Shown here in pieces: positions 27,547-41,917 of a stretch of 64,000 nt of DNA. Below the pieces are notes generated by a model. That model was given only the letters and a program-made list of their open reading frames with translations, made no database searches and was not told the DNA's origin. The position numbers were made by a program, and so were the translations under genes. The stretch lies in the NCBI RefSeq assembly GCF_046105845.1, contig NZ_CP151004.1. One strand, 5' to 3'. Position 1 is the first letter of the stretch, and every line of letters begins with the position of its first letter. The stretch comes from Escherichia coli (GTDB lineage: Bacteria; Pseudomonadota; Gammaproteobacteria; Enterobacterales; Enterobacteriaceae).

Positions 27547-28863
27547 TCAAATCACCATATTCAGCAGCAGACAGCCTACCAGACCGCACACCGAGATAAT
27601 GGTTTCCAGCATCGACCAGGACTTGATGGTCTCGCCGATAGTCAGGTTAAAGTACTCTTTGAACAGCCAGAAGCCCGGATCGTTCACGTGAGAGAAAATC
27701 ACACTACCGGAACCAACCGCAATAACCATCAGCTCCGGGCTAACACCCGTCGTTGCAATCAGCGGTGCCGCGATACCACCCGCAGTGATTGCCGCAACGG
27801 TTGCGGAACCCAGCGCGATACGCAGTACGGCAGCAATCGACCAGGCCATCAGCAGCGGAGAAATGTTGGTTTCGTGCATCATGGAAGCAATGTATTTGTC
27901 CACGCCGCTGTCTACCAGCACCTGCTTGAACGCACCGCCACCACCGATAATCAACAGCATCATCGCAATGATTTTGATGGAAGAAACCAGCGTGTCGTTA
28001 ATCTGATCCATTGAACGACCACGGTTCAGACCAAAGGTGAACATCGCAATCAGTACGGCAATCAGCGTAGCCATTACTGGGTCACCGAGGAACTCCGCTA
28101 CCGGCAGGAAAGCGTGACCTTTCGGCAGGATCATTTCGGCAATCGCACGCATCGCCATCAGCACTACCGGCACCAGAGAGGTCCAGACGCTGACGCCAAA
28201 GCTCGGCATCTCTTCTTCGCTGAAGGTTTTCGCGCTGTACAGACCTTCCGGGATCGGCTTATCGATACCTTTCAGCACGCGAGCGTAAACCGGACCGGCG
28301 AGAATCACGGTCGGGATTGCCAGAATAGTACCGTACAGCAGGGTTTTACCCATATCGGCATTGAAAATGGTGGCAATCGCAGTCGGACCCGGATGCGGTG
28401 GCAGGAAGCCGTGGGTCACAGACAGTGCAGCCGCCATCGGTACACCAACATACAGCAGTGGAATGTTAGCTGCCGCTGCGATGGTAAACACCAGCGGCAG
28501 CATCAGCACGAAGCCCACTTCATAGAACAGGGCAAAACCAACGGTAAAACCGGTTAACACCACCGCCCACTGGATGTGCTTTTTACCAAATTTGGCAATC
28601 AGCGTGGTGGCGATACGTTGTGCGCCACCGCAGTCTGCCAGCATTTTGCCCAGCATTGCGCCAAAACCCATGATCAGGGCAAGGCTACCGAGCGTCCCGC
28701 CGACACCGGCTTTGATGGAGCCAATAACTTTATCCAGCGGCATTCCTTGCATTAATCCAACAGCAAGCGCCACGAGGACGAGAGCGATGAAGCCGTTCAT
28801 TTTGAAACGGATCATCAGGAGCAACAACAAGATTACACCGATAGCAACAATGACTAATGGCAT
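27547..28863 (-). CDS. gntT: high-affinity gluconate:H+ symporter GntT
   Basis: 438-aa ORF MPLVIVAIGVILLLLLMIRFKMNGFIALVLVALAVGLMQGMPLDKVIGSIKAGVGG (GntP-family permease). Confidence 0.95.
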   Translation of the reverse strand: MPLVIVAIGVILLLLLMIRFKMNGFIALVLVALAVGLMQGMPLDKVIGSIKAGVGGTLGSLALIMGFGAMLGKMLADCGGAQRIATTLIAKFGKKHIQWAVVLTGFTVGFALFYEVGFVLMLPLVFTIAAAANIPLLYVGVPMAAALSVTHGFLPPHPGPTAIATIFNADMGKTLLYGTILAIPTVILAGPVYARVLKGIDKPIPEGLYSAKTFSEEEMPSFGVSVWTSLVPVVLMAMRAIAEMILPKGHAFLPVAEFLGDPVMATLIAVLIAMFTFGLNRGRSMDQINDTLVSSIKIIAMMLLIIGGGGAFKQVLVDSGVDKYIASMMHETNISPLLMAWSIAAVLRIALGSATVAAITAGGIAAPLIATTGVSPELMVIAVGSGSVIFSHVNDPGFWLFKEYFNLTIGETIKSWSMLETIISVCGLVGCLLLNMVI

Positions 28864-28883
28864 GATTTACCTGGCCTTTCATT

Positions 28884-28896
28884 TGTTATGGGTAAC
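28884..28896. promoter_or_regulatory. GntR operator-like palindrome (proximal) upstream of gntT
   Basis: TGTTA-TGGG-TAAC about 20-35 bp upstream of the gntT start codon; resembles the GntR operator form ATGTTA-N4-TAACAT (recalled, not checked). Confidence 0.4.
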
Positions 28897-29023
28897 GTCA
28901 ATTTTCTGACGACAAACTCTAATTATCCCAATCGGGAACAGAGATATTGCGGCACCACGACTGATACCCACTAAAACTAATTATTGTAGTCAGATGTCAG
29001 GAGTATGTTTGGTACCCACGTGA

Positions 29024-29039
29024 ATGATACGGGTAACAT
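29024..29039. promoter_or_regulatory. GntR operator-like palindrome (distal) in the gntT promoter
   Basis: atgatacgggtaacat, i.e. ATGTTA-CCCG-TATCAT on the gntT strand, about 160 bp upstream of the start codon. Confidence 0.45.
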
Positions 29040-29168
29040 CCGGCGTTTGAGAATCACCAGAGCGGGGTAAATTTAAATTATGAGAGGTTGGTCATATTAT
29101 CGCGGGGAAACGAAGGGAGGGGGGTTGCCAAAGCAATGCTGCGCCAACGTCTGGCTCATGTTCAACGT

Positions 29169-29224
<56 letters not shown>

Positions 29225-29800
29225 TTAGTAGTAGGAGTGCTCGCCGCGCTGGTGTTCGGTGAGATCGCGCACACCTTTCAGCTCCGGGAATTCGTTCAGC
29301 AGCTGCTTCTCGATCCCTTCTTTCAGCGTCACATCTACCATAGAACAACCGTTACAGCCGCCGCCAAATTGCAGAATGGCGTAACCGTCTTCGGTGATTT
29401 CCATCAGCGAAACGCGACCACCGTGACCAGCAAGCTGTGGGTTGATCTGCGACTGCAGCATATACTCCACGCGCTCCATCAGCGGTGCATCGTCTGCGAC
29501 TTTACGCATTTTGGCGTTAGGCGCTTTCAGCGTTAGCTGGGAACCCAACTGGTCTGTAACAAAGTCGATCTCTGCATCTTCCAGGTAAGGAGCGCTTAAC
29601 TCATCAACATACGCGGTCAGCAGGTCAAATTTCAGGGCAGTGTCGGTGGCTTCTACAGCGTCCGGCGGACAATAAGAAACGCCACATTCAGCGTTAGGCG
29701 TGCCAGGGTTAATCACAAATACGCGGATTTGTGTCCCTTCTTCCTGATTTGCCAGCAGTTTGGCAAAGTGCGCTTGTGCAGCATCGGAAATACGGATCAT
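29225..29800 (-). CDS. nfuA: Fe/S cluster biogenesis carrier protein NfuA
   Basis: 191-aa [50 protein letters not shown]...; C-terminal Nfu domain with CxxC (GGGCNGCSM). Confidence 0.95.
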
Positions 29801-29858
29801 AGTAATGGCCTAATAGTTGACTATTTTAGTTGGTTATAATACGCCCATCATCGAGGCT

Positions 29859-31350
<1,492 letters not shown>

Positions 31351-31394
31351 GCAGCTTTTGAAATGGCGAGACAGAATTTTACTGACTCGCCGCA

Positions 31395-31545
31395 GCCAAC
31401 TCTTCTTCTGACACCCCGGTAAAACGCATGATGTCCGCAAGAGGGACTCCGGATTACAGCATTCTTTTGGCGATATCCGGGGCTTCCAGGCGTCGATCCA
31501 ATAAATAACCAATCAGGTAACTAATAAGATATTCTCTTTCTGCAT
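31395..31545 (-). pseudogene. degenerate fragment duplicating the C-terminal coding segment of rpnA
   Basis: DNA at about 31400-31530 aligns, with substitutions and small deletions, to rpnA 3' coding DNA at about 31596-31700; minus-strand translation gives ...PDIAKRML*SGVPLADIMRFTGVSEE, compared with rpnA ...[27 protein letters not shown], interrupted by a stop. Confidence 0.55.
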
Positions 31546-31569
31546 CTGTCATTAAAACCATCCTTTACG

Positions 31570-32463
31570 TTATTGATGATTTATTTCAGCAAGGTCTTCA
31601 ACCGTCAGGCTGGTAAATCGCAGAACGTCCTCAAGAGAGACTCCGGCATCCAGCATGGTTTTGGCAATATTTAGGGCGTTGGTACGTATACCTTTCTGAA
31701 ACCCTTCCTGCCGCAATCTTTCCGCAATAGTCATTAAACTCTCCTTGTGTTTGGGTGAACGTTCGGCAACGCCGTCGATAAAATCGTTAAAACGTACCGC
31801 ATCGCCGGTTTGCAAGATGTAATTAAACAGCCCTTTGATTTGTCTGTCATTAGCGTATCCACTACTTAATAAGCAGGCCATTTGCTCTACCAGCCCCATC
31901 AGATCGCGTTGACGGATATGTTTTTGAATTAACTCCAACAGCGCCATGCGTCGGTGCTGCATGATTTCATCATCAGGCATGACAGTGACATCAATCAGCG
32001 GAAATGCAGAGGCATAAAGCTGCCTTGCCAGGTTGGGATCGGTAAAACAATCCAGCCAACACAGCGAATAGGGATAGGGGCTTTCAATACCGTGGTAAAA
32101 CAACAATGGCACCACCATCGGCAACGTTTTGTATCCGGCATCAAGGTGATTTTGCATTGCGGCAATGGCGTAACGCATCATGCGAAATGCGATCAGTTTG
32201 TTTGAGGTGCTTTGATGTTCAATCAGACAATAGATATATCCTGGTCCTTGTTCCGTTTTCACCGACCACAGCACGTCGGAATAGCTTTCACGCAGATCGT
32301 CATCAATAAAGCTGCTCGACTCCAGCTTGAGGGTTTTCATATCACAGAGCGCGTGAATGGGTGCCGGTAAATGAAACGCAAGAAAATCGCGTGCCGTCTC
32401 CGGTTGGCGTAAAAAGAGTTTGAACAGCGCATCGTGTGGGGTGGAACTCTGCTTTTTGCTCAT
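31570..32463 (-). CDS. rpnA: Rpn-family recombination-promoting nuclease (YhgA-like, PD-(D/E)xK transposase_31 fold)
   Basis: 297-aa [71 protein letters not shown]...; recognised as YhgA/RpnA; sits between bioH and feoC. Confidence 0.9.
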   Translation of the reverse strand: MSKKQSSTPHDALFKLFLRQPETARDFLAFHLPAPIHALCDMKTLKLESSSFIDDDLRESYSDVLWSVKTEQGPGYIYCLIEHQSTSNKLIAFRMMRYAIAAMQNHLDAGYKTLPMVVPLLFYHGIESPYPYSLCWLDCFTDPNLARQLYASAFPLIDVTVMPDDEIMQHRRMALLELIQKHIRQRDLMGLVEQMACLLSSGYANDRQIKGLFNYILQTGDAVRFNDFIDGVAERSPKHKESLMTIAERLRQEGFQKGIRTNALNIAKTMLDAGVSLEDVLRFTSLTVEDLAEINHQ

Positions 32464-32665
32464 GGCGTTCCTTCACCTGTTATTTGAATGCCGCGACTCT
32501 ACGCGCCACTCCACACCTGTGCATTAGCCAGTTTTCATCCCTGCGAGACGCTTTCAGAGGAACTTGCGCCGTGCTGCAAGGGTTACATTTTTATGGAAAG
32601 TCGCACGCAAAAAAGCCCGGATGCAAACGCATACCGGGCTTTTCAAAACTGGTGATGGAGTATGG

Positions 32666-32902
32666 TTAACGCAGCGCCCACCACTCGCGCAGGCAGGCTT
32701 TGCCTTCCGGGCAGCTTTTACAACTGCCAGAGAGGCAGCCGTCAGGTTCTTCCTGAATCCGCACGGCTTTGCCCATGCTTTCCAGCTGTTGCAGCATGGC
32801 GTTAATCATTGGCTGCGGCGTATTCAATGCCTGGCTTATCTGGGCCGCTTCCATACGGCCCCGTAACGCCAGCAAATCACGTACCTGAATAAGTGAAGCC
32901 AT
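32666..32902 (-). CDS. feoC: ferrous iron transport protein FeoC (winged-helix, Cys-rich)
   Basis: [70 protein letters not shown]; the start overlaps the feoB stop. Confidence 0.92.
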   Translation of the reverse strand: MASLIQVRDLLALRGRMEAAQISQALNTPQPMINAMLQQLESMGKAVRIQEEPDGCLSGSCKSCPEGKACLREWWALR

Positions 32903-35223
32903 TAATGGCAATCACCGGTGGTGCTGGCTGCGCAGCAACTGCTTACCGATTTGCGCGTTGCCAGCAGTTCGATATTCACCCGGCTACGCGCGCGGCGCAG
33001 CAGACCGATAACCACGATGTTAAACAGGATAACCGCCAGAATGCACACCAGGCTGTAAGTTGGATGCTGGCTGTAGCTGGCGACTTGATAGAACAATGTT
33101 GCCAGTGAGTAAGCGATATTCAGCCCCCACAGGATGGAGAAGCCCATCCAGCCACGGCTTGATTCACGGGCGATAGCCCCCATCACCGAGATGCACGGTA
33201 CATACAGCAGGACGAAAATCAGGTAGCTGTATGCGGCAGCTGCGCTACCGAATTTCTGATCCATCACGCCCATCGCCCCGGTACCCATTTCGCCATCGCC
33301 TTTGCTTGCTTCAATGGGGTTCATCAGTACGCTAAGGCTGAAGGTGTCTTTCAGGCTCTGCCAGGTTTCATCTACCGCGCTGAAAAGCTCTTCACCGAGG
33401 TTAAATTCCGCCGGATTGAACTCTTCGTCCTGAATATTTTCTGCGGTGTAGAGGGTGTTGAGCGTACCCACCACCACTTCTTTCGCCATTGCGCCTGTAA
33501 ACAGGCCAACCGTTGCCTGCCAGTTATCTTCATGCACGCCAATCGGCTTGAAGACTGGGGTGATCACCCGGCTGACGGAAGCCAGCGCCGAGTCGTTGAT
33601 GTTATCGACGATTTTCCCGCTCAGAGAGAAGCTGTTGAAAGCACTCAGGAAAATGCTGACGATGATAATCACTTTACCAGCGCGCAGAACAAAACCTTTC
33701 AGACGCTGCCAGGTCTGGATAATCAGGCTTTTAACGTGTGGTACATGGTAGACCGGCAGCTCCATGACAAACGGCGTCGCTTCACCGCGCATGATGGTGT
33801 ACTTGAGCATCAGGCCAGTCAGCACCGCCATCACAATACCGAGCATATACAGCGAGAAGACCGCCAGCGCACCGTTCTGCCCGAAGAAGGCAGCCGCGAA
33901 TACTGCGAAGATAGCCAGACGCGCGCCGCAGGACATAAACGGTGCCATCATGATGGTCATCAGACGTTCACGCGGTGCATCAAGCGTACGTGCGCCCATT
34001 ACCGACGGTACGTTACAACCGAAACCAACGATCAGCGGTACAAAGGATTTCCCGGGCAAGCCCAGCGCCTGCATCAGACGGTCCATCACAAACGCCGCAC
34101 GCGCCATATAGCCGGAGTCCTCGAGGAAGGAGAGGAACAGGTACATCATGCCGATCTGTGGCACCAGTGGCAGAACGGTGTTAATACCGCCACCCAAGCC
34201 TTGGGCGAGGAAGATAGTCAGCCAGTCCGGGAAGTGGAGCGTGTAGCCAATCCACTGAATACCATGCACAAATAGCGCCACGGAGCCGACGTCAAACAGC
34301 GGCTGTAACGCCCCGCCGATGTTGATAGCCAGCAGGAACATCAGGTACATCACAAAGAGGAAAATCGGCAGACCGAGGAAACGGTTGAGCACGATTTTAT
34401 CTACCGCAGTGGTGAAACGGCTGGGTTCTGCCGTCAGGGTGTTGCTTACCACATCACAGATGGCAGCAATGCACTGGTAACGCGCATCGGCAATGTGCAG
34501 CGCCGGATCGTCCATCTCATTACGCAGACGGGCGAGGGCGGCATCAAGATGCTGCGACGCTTCACCGGCGTAGGCGCGGCTGTAGATATCGCCTTCCAGC
34601 ATTTGCAGGCCCAGCCAGCGACGTTGTTTCAGCGGGATGTCGGAAGGCATCACTTTTGCCAGTGAATCTGCTTCGTTGAGTAGCGGCTGTGCGTAATGCA
34701 CCAGTTCTACATTCTCGTTAGCTTTATAGCGATCAATCGCCAGCTTGAGCGCTTCAATACCGCGACCACGGGTTGAAACCAGCGGGATCACCGGGCAGCC
34801 AAGACGCGCCGACAGCGCATCAATTTCAATACGAATATTTTGCTTCTCGGCAATGTCGAGCATGTTCAGCGCCACGATGCAGGGAATGCCGAGTTCCAGC
34901 AGTTGCAGAGTCAGGTACAGGTTACGCTCAAGGTTAGACGCATCCACCACGTTAATCAGCAGGTCAGCGTCGCCACTCAAAATGTAGTGACAGGCGATTT
35001 GCTCATCGAGCGAGGTCTGCGATGAGATGGTGGTCAGAGAATAGGTGCCGGGGAGGTCCACCAGCGTGACCTGATGATCGGTGGTGGAGAATTGCCCTTC
35101 TTTACGTTCGACGGTAACGCCAGCCCAGTTACCTACACGCTGACGTGCGCCAGTGAGCTGGTTAAATAAGGTTGTCTTGCCAGAATTTGGATTACCAATT
35201 AAGCCAATGGTTAATTTTTTCAT
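32902..35223 (-). CDS. feoB: ferrous iron transporter FeoB (GTPase plus permease)
   Basis: ORF contains [25 protein letters not shown] (G1 motif) followed by a large polytopic membrane domain; 773 aa from MKKLTIG. Confidence 0.96.
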   Translation of the reverse strand: MKKLTIGLIGNPNSGKTTLFNQLTGARQRVGNWAGVTVERKEGQFSTTDHQVTLVDLPGTYSLTTISSQTSLDEQIACHYILSGDADLLINVVDASNLERNLYLTLQLLELGIPCIVALNMLDIAEKQNIRIEIDALSARLGCPVIPLVSTRGRGIEALKLAIDRYKANENVELVHYAQPLLNEADSLAKVMPSDIPLKQRRWLGLQMLEGDIYSRAYAGEASQHLDAALARLRNEMDDPALHIADARYQCIAAICDVVSNTLTAEPSRFTTAVDKIVLNRFLGLPIFLFVMYLMFLLAINIGGALQPLFDVGSVALFVHGIQWIGYTLHFPDWLTIFLAQGLGGGINTVLPLVPQIGMMYLFLSFLEDSGYMARAAFVMDRLMQALGLPGKSFVPLIVGFGCNVPSVMGARTLDAPRERLMTIMMAPFMSCGARLAIFAVFAAAFFGQNGALAVFSLYMLGIVMAVLTGLMLKYTIMRGEATPFVMELPVYHVPHVKSLIIQTWQRLKGFVLRAGKVIIIVSIFLSAFNSFSLSGKIVDNINDSALASVSRVITPVFKPIGVHEDNWQATVGLFTGAMAKEVVVGTLNTLYTAENIQDEEFNPAEFNLGEELFSAVDETWQSLKDTFSLSVLMNPIEASKGDGEMGTGAMGVMDQKFGSAAAAYSYLIFVLLYVPCISVMGAIARESSRGWMGFSILWGLNIAYSLATLFYQVASYSQHPTYSLVCILAVILFNIVVIGLLRRARSRVNIELLATRKSVSSCCAASTTGDCH

Positions 35224-35239
35224 TGTTGTTATCACCGTA

Positions 35240-35467
35240 TTAACAGGAAACCGCTTCCACTTCTAATAAGGCCAGATCTTTTTTGCGTAATACCAGGCTT
35301 ACACGACGGGTTTCGATATGAATGGGGTCGCCAAGTGGAGCGACGCGCACCACATTAAAAGAGGAGCCAGGTAACATGCCAAGAGAAAGCAGTTTTTGGC
35401 GATATGCCGGGCTGATTTCACGGGAAAAGCCAGTGATTTTCCACGCAGTATCTGGAGTGTATTGCAT
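35240..35467 (-). CDS. feoA: ferrous iron transport protein FeoA
   Basis: 75-aa [78 protein letters not shown]. Confidence 0.95.
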   Translation of the reverse strand: MQYTPDTAWKITGFSREISPAYRQKLLSLGMLPGSSFNVVRVAPLGDPIHIETRRVSLVLRKKDLALLEVEAVSC

Positions 35468-35575
35468 AGGTGCCTACTTGTTTCTCATTAACTGGATAAC
35501 TACCTCATGGGGCGTTTGACAGCGACATGAGACCAGATGATTTGCCAACAAAGGAGAGATTAAATAATCAACAAC

Positions 35576-35596
35576 ACAATGATAATGAGAATGGTT
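35576..35596. promoter_or_regulatory. Fur-box-like sequence in the feoABC promoter region
   Basis: acaatgataatgagaatggtt partially matches the Fur consensus GATAATGATAATCATTATC (about 11 of 15 core positions), about 110 bp upstream of the feoA start. Confidence 0.4.
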
Positions 35597-35656
35597 TCTA
35601 TCAGCAATACTTAAAATGTGTGCGAATGTTGGTTTGAATAATAATCTGACTCAATG

Positions 35657-35670
35657 TTGATGTGGCTCAA
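35657..35670. promoter_or_regulatory. FNR-site-like sequence upstream of feoA
   Basis: TTGAT-gtgg-CTCAA is a 9/10 match to the FNR consensus TTGAT-N4-ATCAA, about 190 bp upstream of the feoA start. Confidence 0.4.
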
Positions 35671-35906
35671 GGTTATATCGCAGCGAAAATATAATTCGAA
35701 TAGTGAATTACCAGGACTGGTTAATGTTTAATTAAGGTTTCATTTGTTAATGAAGTGATAAATATTAACGGGATATATTGTGAGTTTGGCTGTGGAATAA
35801 ATATGCCGGAGATATTCTCCGGCACTTTTATGTCAGGCAAGGCGTTCGTTGCCAGATGCGGCGTGAACGCTTTATCTGGCAGGTTTACGTTTGTCTATCA
35901 GGGCGT

Positions 35907-38228
35907 TTAACGTTTTTTGCCCATTGCCGCCGCCAGCGCATCCATCATCGCGCTGTTACCGGCAGGCTGCGCTTCACGCCCACGCGGTTTGGCTGCCGGG
36001 CGGTTGTTTTGCGGGCGTTCATTACCGCCGCCGCGACGGGCGTTGGTTTCGCCAGGTTGCTCGTCCAGACGCATAGTCAGGGCGATACGTTTACGCTGAA
36101 GATCCACTTCCAGCACTTTCACCTTCACAATGTCGCCCGCTTTCACCACGGTATGCGGATCTTCCACAAACTTGTTCGACAATGAAGAGATGTGAACCAG
36201 GCCGTCCTGATGCACGCCAATATCGACAAACGCGCCAAAGTTGGTGACGTTGGTCACCGCGCCTTCGAGGATCATACCCGGTTGCAGGTCGTTCATTGTC
36301 TCGACGCCATCAGCAAACTGAGCGGTTTTAAATTCCGGACGCGGATCGCGACCCGGTTTTTCCAGCTCTTTGATGATGTCAGTTACTGTCGGCACACCGA
36401 ATTTCTCATCAGTAAAGTCAGACGCTTTCAGGTTACGCAGCTCGCTGCTGTTACCCATCAGATCTTTCAGTGCCTGCTGTGTTGCTGCCAGAATGCGTTC
36501 CACCACCGGATAGGCTTCCGGGTGAACGGTAGAGGCATCCAGCGGGTTATCGCCGTGGTTAATCCGCAGGAAGCCCGCGCACTGCTCGAAGGCTTTCGGC
36601 CCCAGACGGCTCACTTTCAGCAGTTGCTGACGGTTCTGGAACTGACCGTTCTCATCGCGCCAGGCCACGATGTTTTGCGCCATCATGCGCGTCAGGCCCG
36701 CCACGCGAGTTAACAGCGGAACAGAAGCGGTGTTGAGATCGACGCCAACAGCGTTTACGCAGTCTTCTACTACTGCATCCAGTTTGCGGGCCAGCTGCGT
36801 CTGGCTGACGTCATGCTGATACTGACCTACGCCGATAGATTTCGGATCGATTTTCACCAGCTCCGCCAGCGGATCTTGCAAACGACGGGCGATAGATACC
36901 GCGCCACGCAGCGAAACGTCGAGATCCGGGAACTCCTGCGCTGCCAGCTCGGAAGCCGAGTAAACCGACGCGCCTGCTTCGCTGACGATCACTTTCTGCG
37001 CGGTCACTTTCGGGAACTGCTTCTGCACGTCGAGATAGAAACGCTCAGTTTCGCGGGAAGCTGTACCGTTGCCGATCGCCACCAGTTCAACATTATGCTT
37101 TTCACACAGGGCAGCAACGGTCATCGCTGCTTTTGCGGCTTGTCCGGTGTGCGGGTAAATGGTATCGGTCGCCACCAGTTTGCCAGTTGCATCGACCACC
37201 GCTACTTTTACCCCGGTACGCAGACCCGGATCGAGGCCCATCGTTGCACGCAGTCCGGCTGGGGCCGCCATCAGCAGATCGTGCAGGTTACGGGCAAAGA
37301 CGTTGATTGCTTCATCTTCCGCGCGTTCGCGCACGGTGCCCATCAGTTCGGTTTCCAGATGCATCAGCACCTTGATGCGCCACGTCCAGCTCACCACGCC
37401 TTTGCGCCAGCTATCCGCCGGGGCATTGTTCAGGCGCAGGCCGAGATGATCCATAATGATTTGCTCGCAATAGCTCTCTTTTGGCGGCTCATCGAACTGC
37501 GGATCGGCATTCAGCGAAAGCTGGAGTACGCCTTCGTTACGCCCACGGAACATCGCCAGCGCGCGGTGAGAAGGCACCGTTGACAGCGGTTCGTGATGAT
37601 CGAAATAGTCGCGGAATTTCGCCCCTTCCTCTTCTTTACCACTCACCACCGTAGAAACTAAATGCGCATTCTTCCACAGATAATCACGTACTTTTGCCAG
37701 CAGCGCGGCATCTTCGGCAAACCGTTCCATCAGGATATAGCGCGCGCCGTCCAGCGCGGCTTTGGTATCTGCCACGCCTTTATCGGCATCAACATATTGT
37801 GCAGCCGCGACTTCTGGCGTGTGTGACGGATCGCTCCACAGCAGGTCAGCCAACGGCTCAAGCCCTGCTTCAATGGCGATTTGCCCGCGGGTGCGGCGTT
37901 TAGGTTTGTAGGGCAGGTAGAGGTCTTCGAGTTCGGTTTTGCTTAAGGTGGCGTTGATGGCATTCGCCAGATCATCAGTGAGTTTGCCTTGCTCGGAAAT
38001 GGATTTGAGGATCGCCTGACGTCTCTCTTCCAGCTCGCGCAGATAGCTCAGACGCGTTTCCAGATTACGCAGCTGCGTGTCATCCAGACCGCCGGTAATT
38101 TCCTTACGATAACGTGCGATAAACGGCACGGTATTCCCTTCGTCAAGCAGGCGAACGGCAGCGTCAACCTGTTCCGGGCGCGCCTGAATTTCACCCGCAA
38201 TAATGCGGCAGAACGAATCATTCATCAT
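35907..38228 (-). CDS. tex: transcription accessory protein Tex (S1 RNA-binding, YqgF/HhH domains)
   Basis: 773-aa [61 protein letters not shown]-terminal S1 domain and basic tail. Confidence 0.95.
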   Translation of the reverse strand: MMNDSFCRIIAGEIQARPEQVDAAVRLLDEGNTVPFIARYRKEITGGLDDTQLRNLETRLSYLRELEERRQAILKSISEQGKLTDDLANAINATLSKTELEDLYLPYKPKRRTRGQIAIEAGLEPLADLLWSDPSHTPEVAAAQYVDADKGVADTKAALDGARYILMERFAEDAALLAKVRDYLWKNAHLVSTVVSGKEEEGAKFRDYFDHHEPLSTVPSHRALAMFRGRNEGVLQLSLNADPQFDEPPKESYCEQIIMDHLGLRLNNAPADSWRKGVVSWTWRIKVLMHLETELMGTVRERAEDEAINVFARNLHDLLMAAPAGLRATMGLDPGLRTGVKVAVVDATGKLVATDTIYPHTGQAAKAAMTVAALCEKHNVELVAIGNGTASRETERFYLDVQKQFPKVTAQKVIVSEAGASVYSASELAAQEFPDLDVSLRGAVSIARRLQDPLAELVKIDPKSIGVGQYQHDVSQTQLARKLDAVVEDCVNAVGVDLNTASVPLLTRVAGLTRMMAQNIVAWRDENGQFQNRQQLLKVSRLGPKAFEQCAGFLRINHGDNPLDASTVHPEAYPVVERILAATQQALKDLMGNSSELRNLKASDFTDEKFGVPTVTDIIKELEKPGRDPRPEFKTAQFADGVETMNDLQPGMILEGAVTNVTNFGAFVDIGVHQDGLVHISSLSNKFVEDPHTVVKAGDIVKVKVLEVDLQRKRIALTMRLDEQPGETNARRGGGNERPQNNRPAAKPRGREAQPAGNSAMMDALAAAMGKKR

Positions 38229-38324
38229 GGTTTGAGTTCATCTTTTCGGATCAAAAATCAGGGGATAGTTATACGGACTGGCTGGCAAAAATGCCAGCCA
38301 TCGGCAGGAGGTTAAGACTCTTCC

Positions 38325-38801
38325 TTACGGTTTCACGTACTCGATAGCATTCACATACCAGCTCGCTTCCCCGGCAGGGGTATTGACCACCGCCAGGTCG
38401 CCCACCTCTTTTTTCAACAATGCGCGAGCCATCGGGGAATCGATAGAGATGTAATCTTTACGACCAAAAATTTCATCGTAGCCGACAATACGGAAACGGT
38501 GAGTCACGCCATCGTCGTTTTCAATCTCCACCCACGCGCCAAAAAAGACTTTGCCTTCCTGCTGCGGGGAGTAATCGACGATTTTGAGATTTTCCATGCA
38601 TTTAGTGAGATAGCGCACGCGACGATCGATTTCACGCAGGCGCTTTTTATTATACTGATAGTCAGCATTTTCGCTGCGGTCGCCCAGACTTGCGGCCCAG
38701 GTCACCTTTTTTGTGACCTCCGGGCGTTCTTCACGCCAGAGATAATTAAGCTCTTGTTTGAGTTTTTCATACCCTTCCCGGGTAACCAGGGGCGTTTTCA
38801 T
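38325..38801 (-). CDS. greB: transcript cleavage factor GreB
   Basis: MKTPLVTREGYEKLKQELNYLWREERPEVTKKVTWAASLGDRSENADYQYNKKRLREIDRR...; 158 aa from the MKTPL start (the ORF track extends 12 codons further upstream). Confidence 0.94.
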   Translation of the reverse strand: MKTPLVTREGYEKLKQELNYLWREERPEVTKKVTWAASLGDRSENADYQYNKKRLREIDRRVRYLTKCMENLKIVDYSPQQEGKVFFGAWVEIENDDGVTHRFRIVGYDEIFGRKDYISIDSPMARALLKKEVGDLAVVNTPAGEASWYVNAIEYVKP

Positions 38802-39028
38802 CTCGTTGATTCCCTTTGTCTGTTTGATAATGCGCACATTGGGTATAACGTGATCATATCAACAGAATCAATAATGTTTCGCCGAATAAATTGTATACTT
38901 AAGCTGCTGTTTAATATGCTTTGTAACAATTTAGGCTGAAATTCATACCAGATTTAGCTGGTGACGAACGTGAGCTTTTTTAAGAATACACGCTTACAAA
39001 TTGTTGCGAACCTTTGGGAGTACAAACA

Positions 39029-41097
<2,069 letters not shown>

Positions 41098-41104
41098 ATA
41101 AAAC

Positions 41105-41130
41105 GGGAGGCGAAGGTGCCTCCTGTTTTT
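41105..41130 (+). terminator. rho-independent terminator of envZ
   Basis: ggaggc-gaaggt-gcctcc hairpin followed by tgttttt, 8 bp after the envZ stop. Confidence 0.7.
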
Positions 41131-41425
41131 AGATTGTTTTCAATTGATTGATAATGAAAGGATTCGCTTGCAAAAGCAGGAGCAATTTGCGGGGTGCTCC
41201 GGTAGGTTGACGGCGTTTGGTTTCCCAGCTTTTGACCAGGTCATAACTTACCCCTACGGCGACAGCAAAATCTTGCTGACGTAAACCCGTTGCTTCACGG
41301 ATCGCTTTTACATCGATTTCGCTAAAAGTATGGACGTGCTCTGGTTCAGGCGTTTCTTCACCCTTTTCGATGCGTACCATTTCTTCTGCGCTGGCAAGAA
41401 GATCAGCAAATAATTCGTCTTTCAT
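41129..41425 (-). CDS. type II antitoxin, Xre-family HTH (HigA-2-like), 98 aa
   Basis: HTH_XRE-like segment IREATGLRQQDFAVAVGVSYDLVKSWETKRRQPTGAPRKLL; acidic N-terminus; located 58 bp downstream of the toxin gene on the same strand. Confidence 0.75.
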   Translation of the reverse strand: MKDELFADLLASAEEMVRIEKGEETPEPEHVHTFSEIDVKAIREATGLRQQDFAVAVGVSYDLVKSWETKRRQPTGAPRKLLLLLQANPFIINQLKTI

Positions 41426-41483
41426 CTGTTTTCAATGCCTCCGTTGGCATTTCGGCCATGGTGGAATTTGTGGAGCTTCAACA

Positions 41484-41801
41484 TTAAAGCAGCTTCTCGG
41501 ACAATAGTTTCAATGCCTTTCTTTGTTCTTCTGTTAAATCATCCTGTTCATTTTTAGGATAAATCAACGCCAGATAAATTCGGCCATTGCGTGTTACGTT
41601 GTAATAAATTATCCGAATGCCACCCCGTTTCCCCATTCCAGAACGGTTCCAGCGAATTTTTCTAAAACTGCCTGTGCCTGCGATAATGTCACCGGCAGTG
41701 GGATCTTGAATGAGTAGTTCCTGAAAAGCCCGGAACTCATCATCAGGTAACAATAACTGGCGGCGTTTGCTAAATCCTTGTAGTTCAATAAACGTGAACA
41801 T
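41484..41801 (-). CDS. type II toxin, RelE/ParE superfamily (HigB-2-like mRNA interferase), 105 aa
   Basis: Motif block GTGSFRKIRWNRSGMGKRGGIRIIYYNVTRNGRIYLALIYPKNEQDDLTEEQRKALKLL closely resembles what I recall of HigB-2-type toxins (GG-x-R-x-IYY ... Y-x-KNE-x-DL); toxin-first gene order as in higBA modules. Confidence 0.75.
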   Translation of the reverse strand: MFTFIELQGFSKRRQLLLPDDEFRAFQELLIQDPTAGDIIAGTGSFRKIRWNRSGMGKRGGIRIIYYNVTRNGRIYLALIYPKNEQDDLTEEQRKALKLLSEKLL

Positions 41802-41870
41802 AATGCATCCTGCGGTCTATTGATAATTATAAGTGTACCGTGTACATATTGGTAGCTAATTAGATATAAA

Positions 41871-41898
41871 AAAACCCCTTATCCGTTTGGATAAGGGG
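41871..41898 (-). terminator. rho-independent terminator of pckA
   Basis: Perfect hairpin ccccttatcc-gttt-ggataagggg, preceded on the plus strand by an A-run (a T-run on the pckA strand), about 20 bp after the pckA stop. Confidence 0.75.
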
Positions 41899-41917
41899 TC
41901 AATGAGATTTCAGCTGA

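Noticed and set aside
31570-32463. rpnA (yhgA) as a transposase or mobile element
   Set aside because: The protein has a transposase_31-like PD-(D/E)xK fold, but it is a single chromosomal gene in the K-12 position, with no terminal inverted repeats, no target-site duplication and no adjacent IS features visible; annotated as CDS rather than mobile_element
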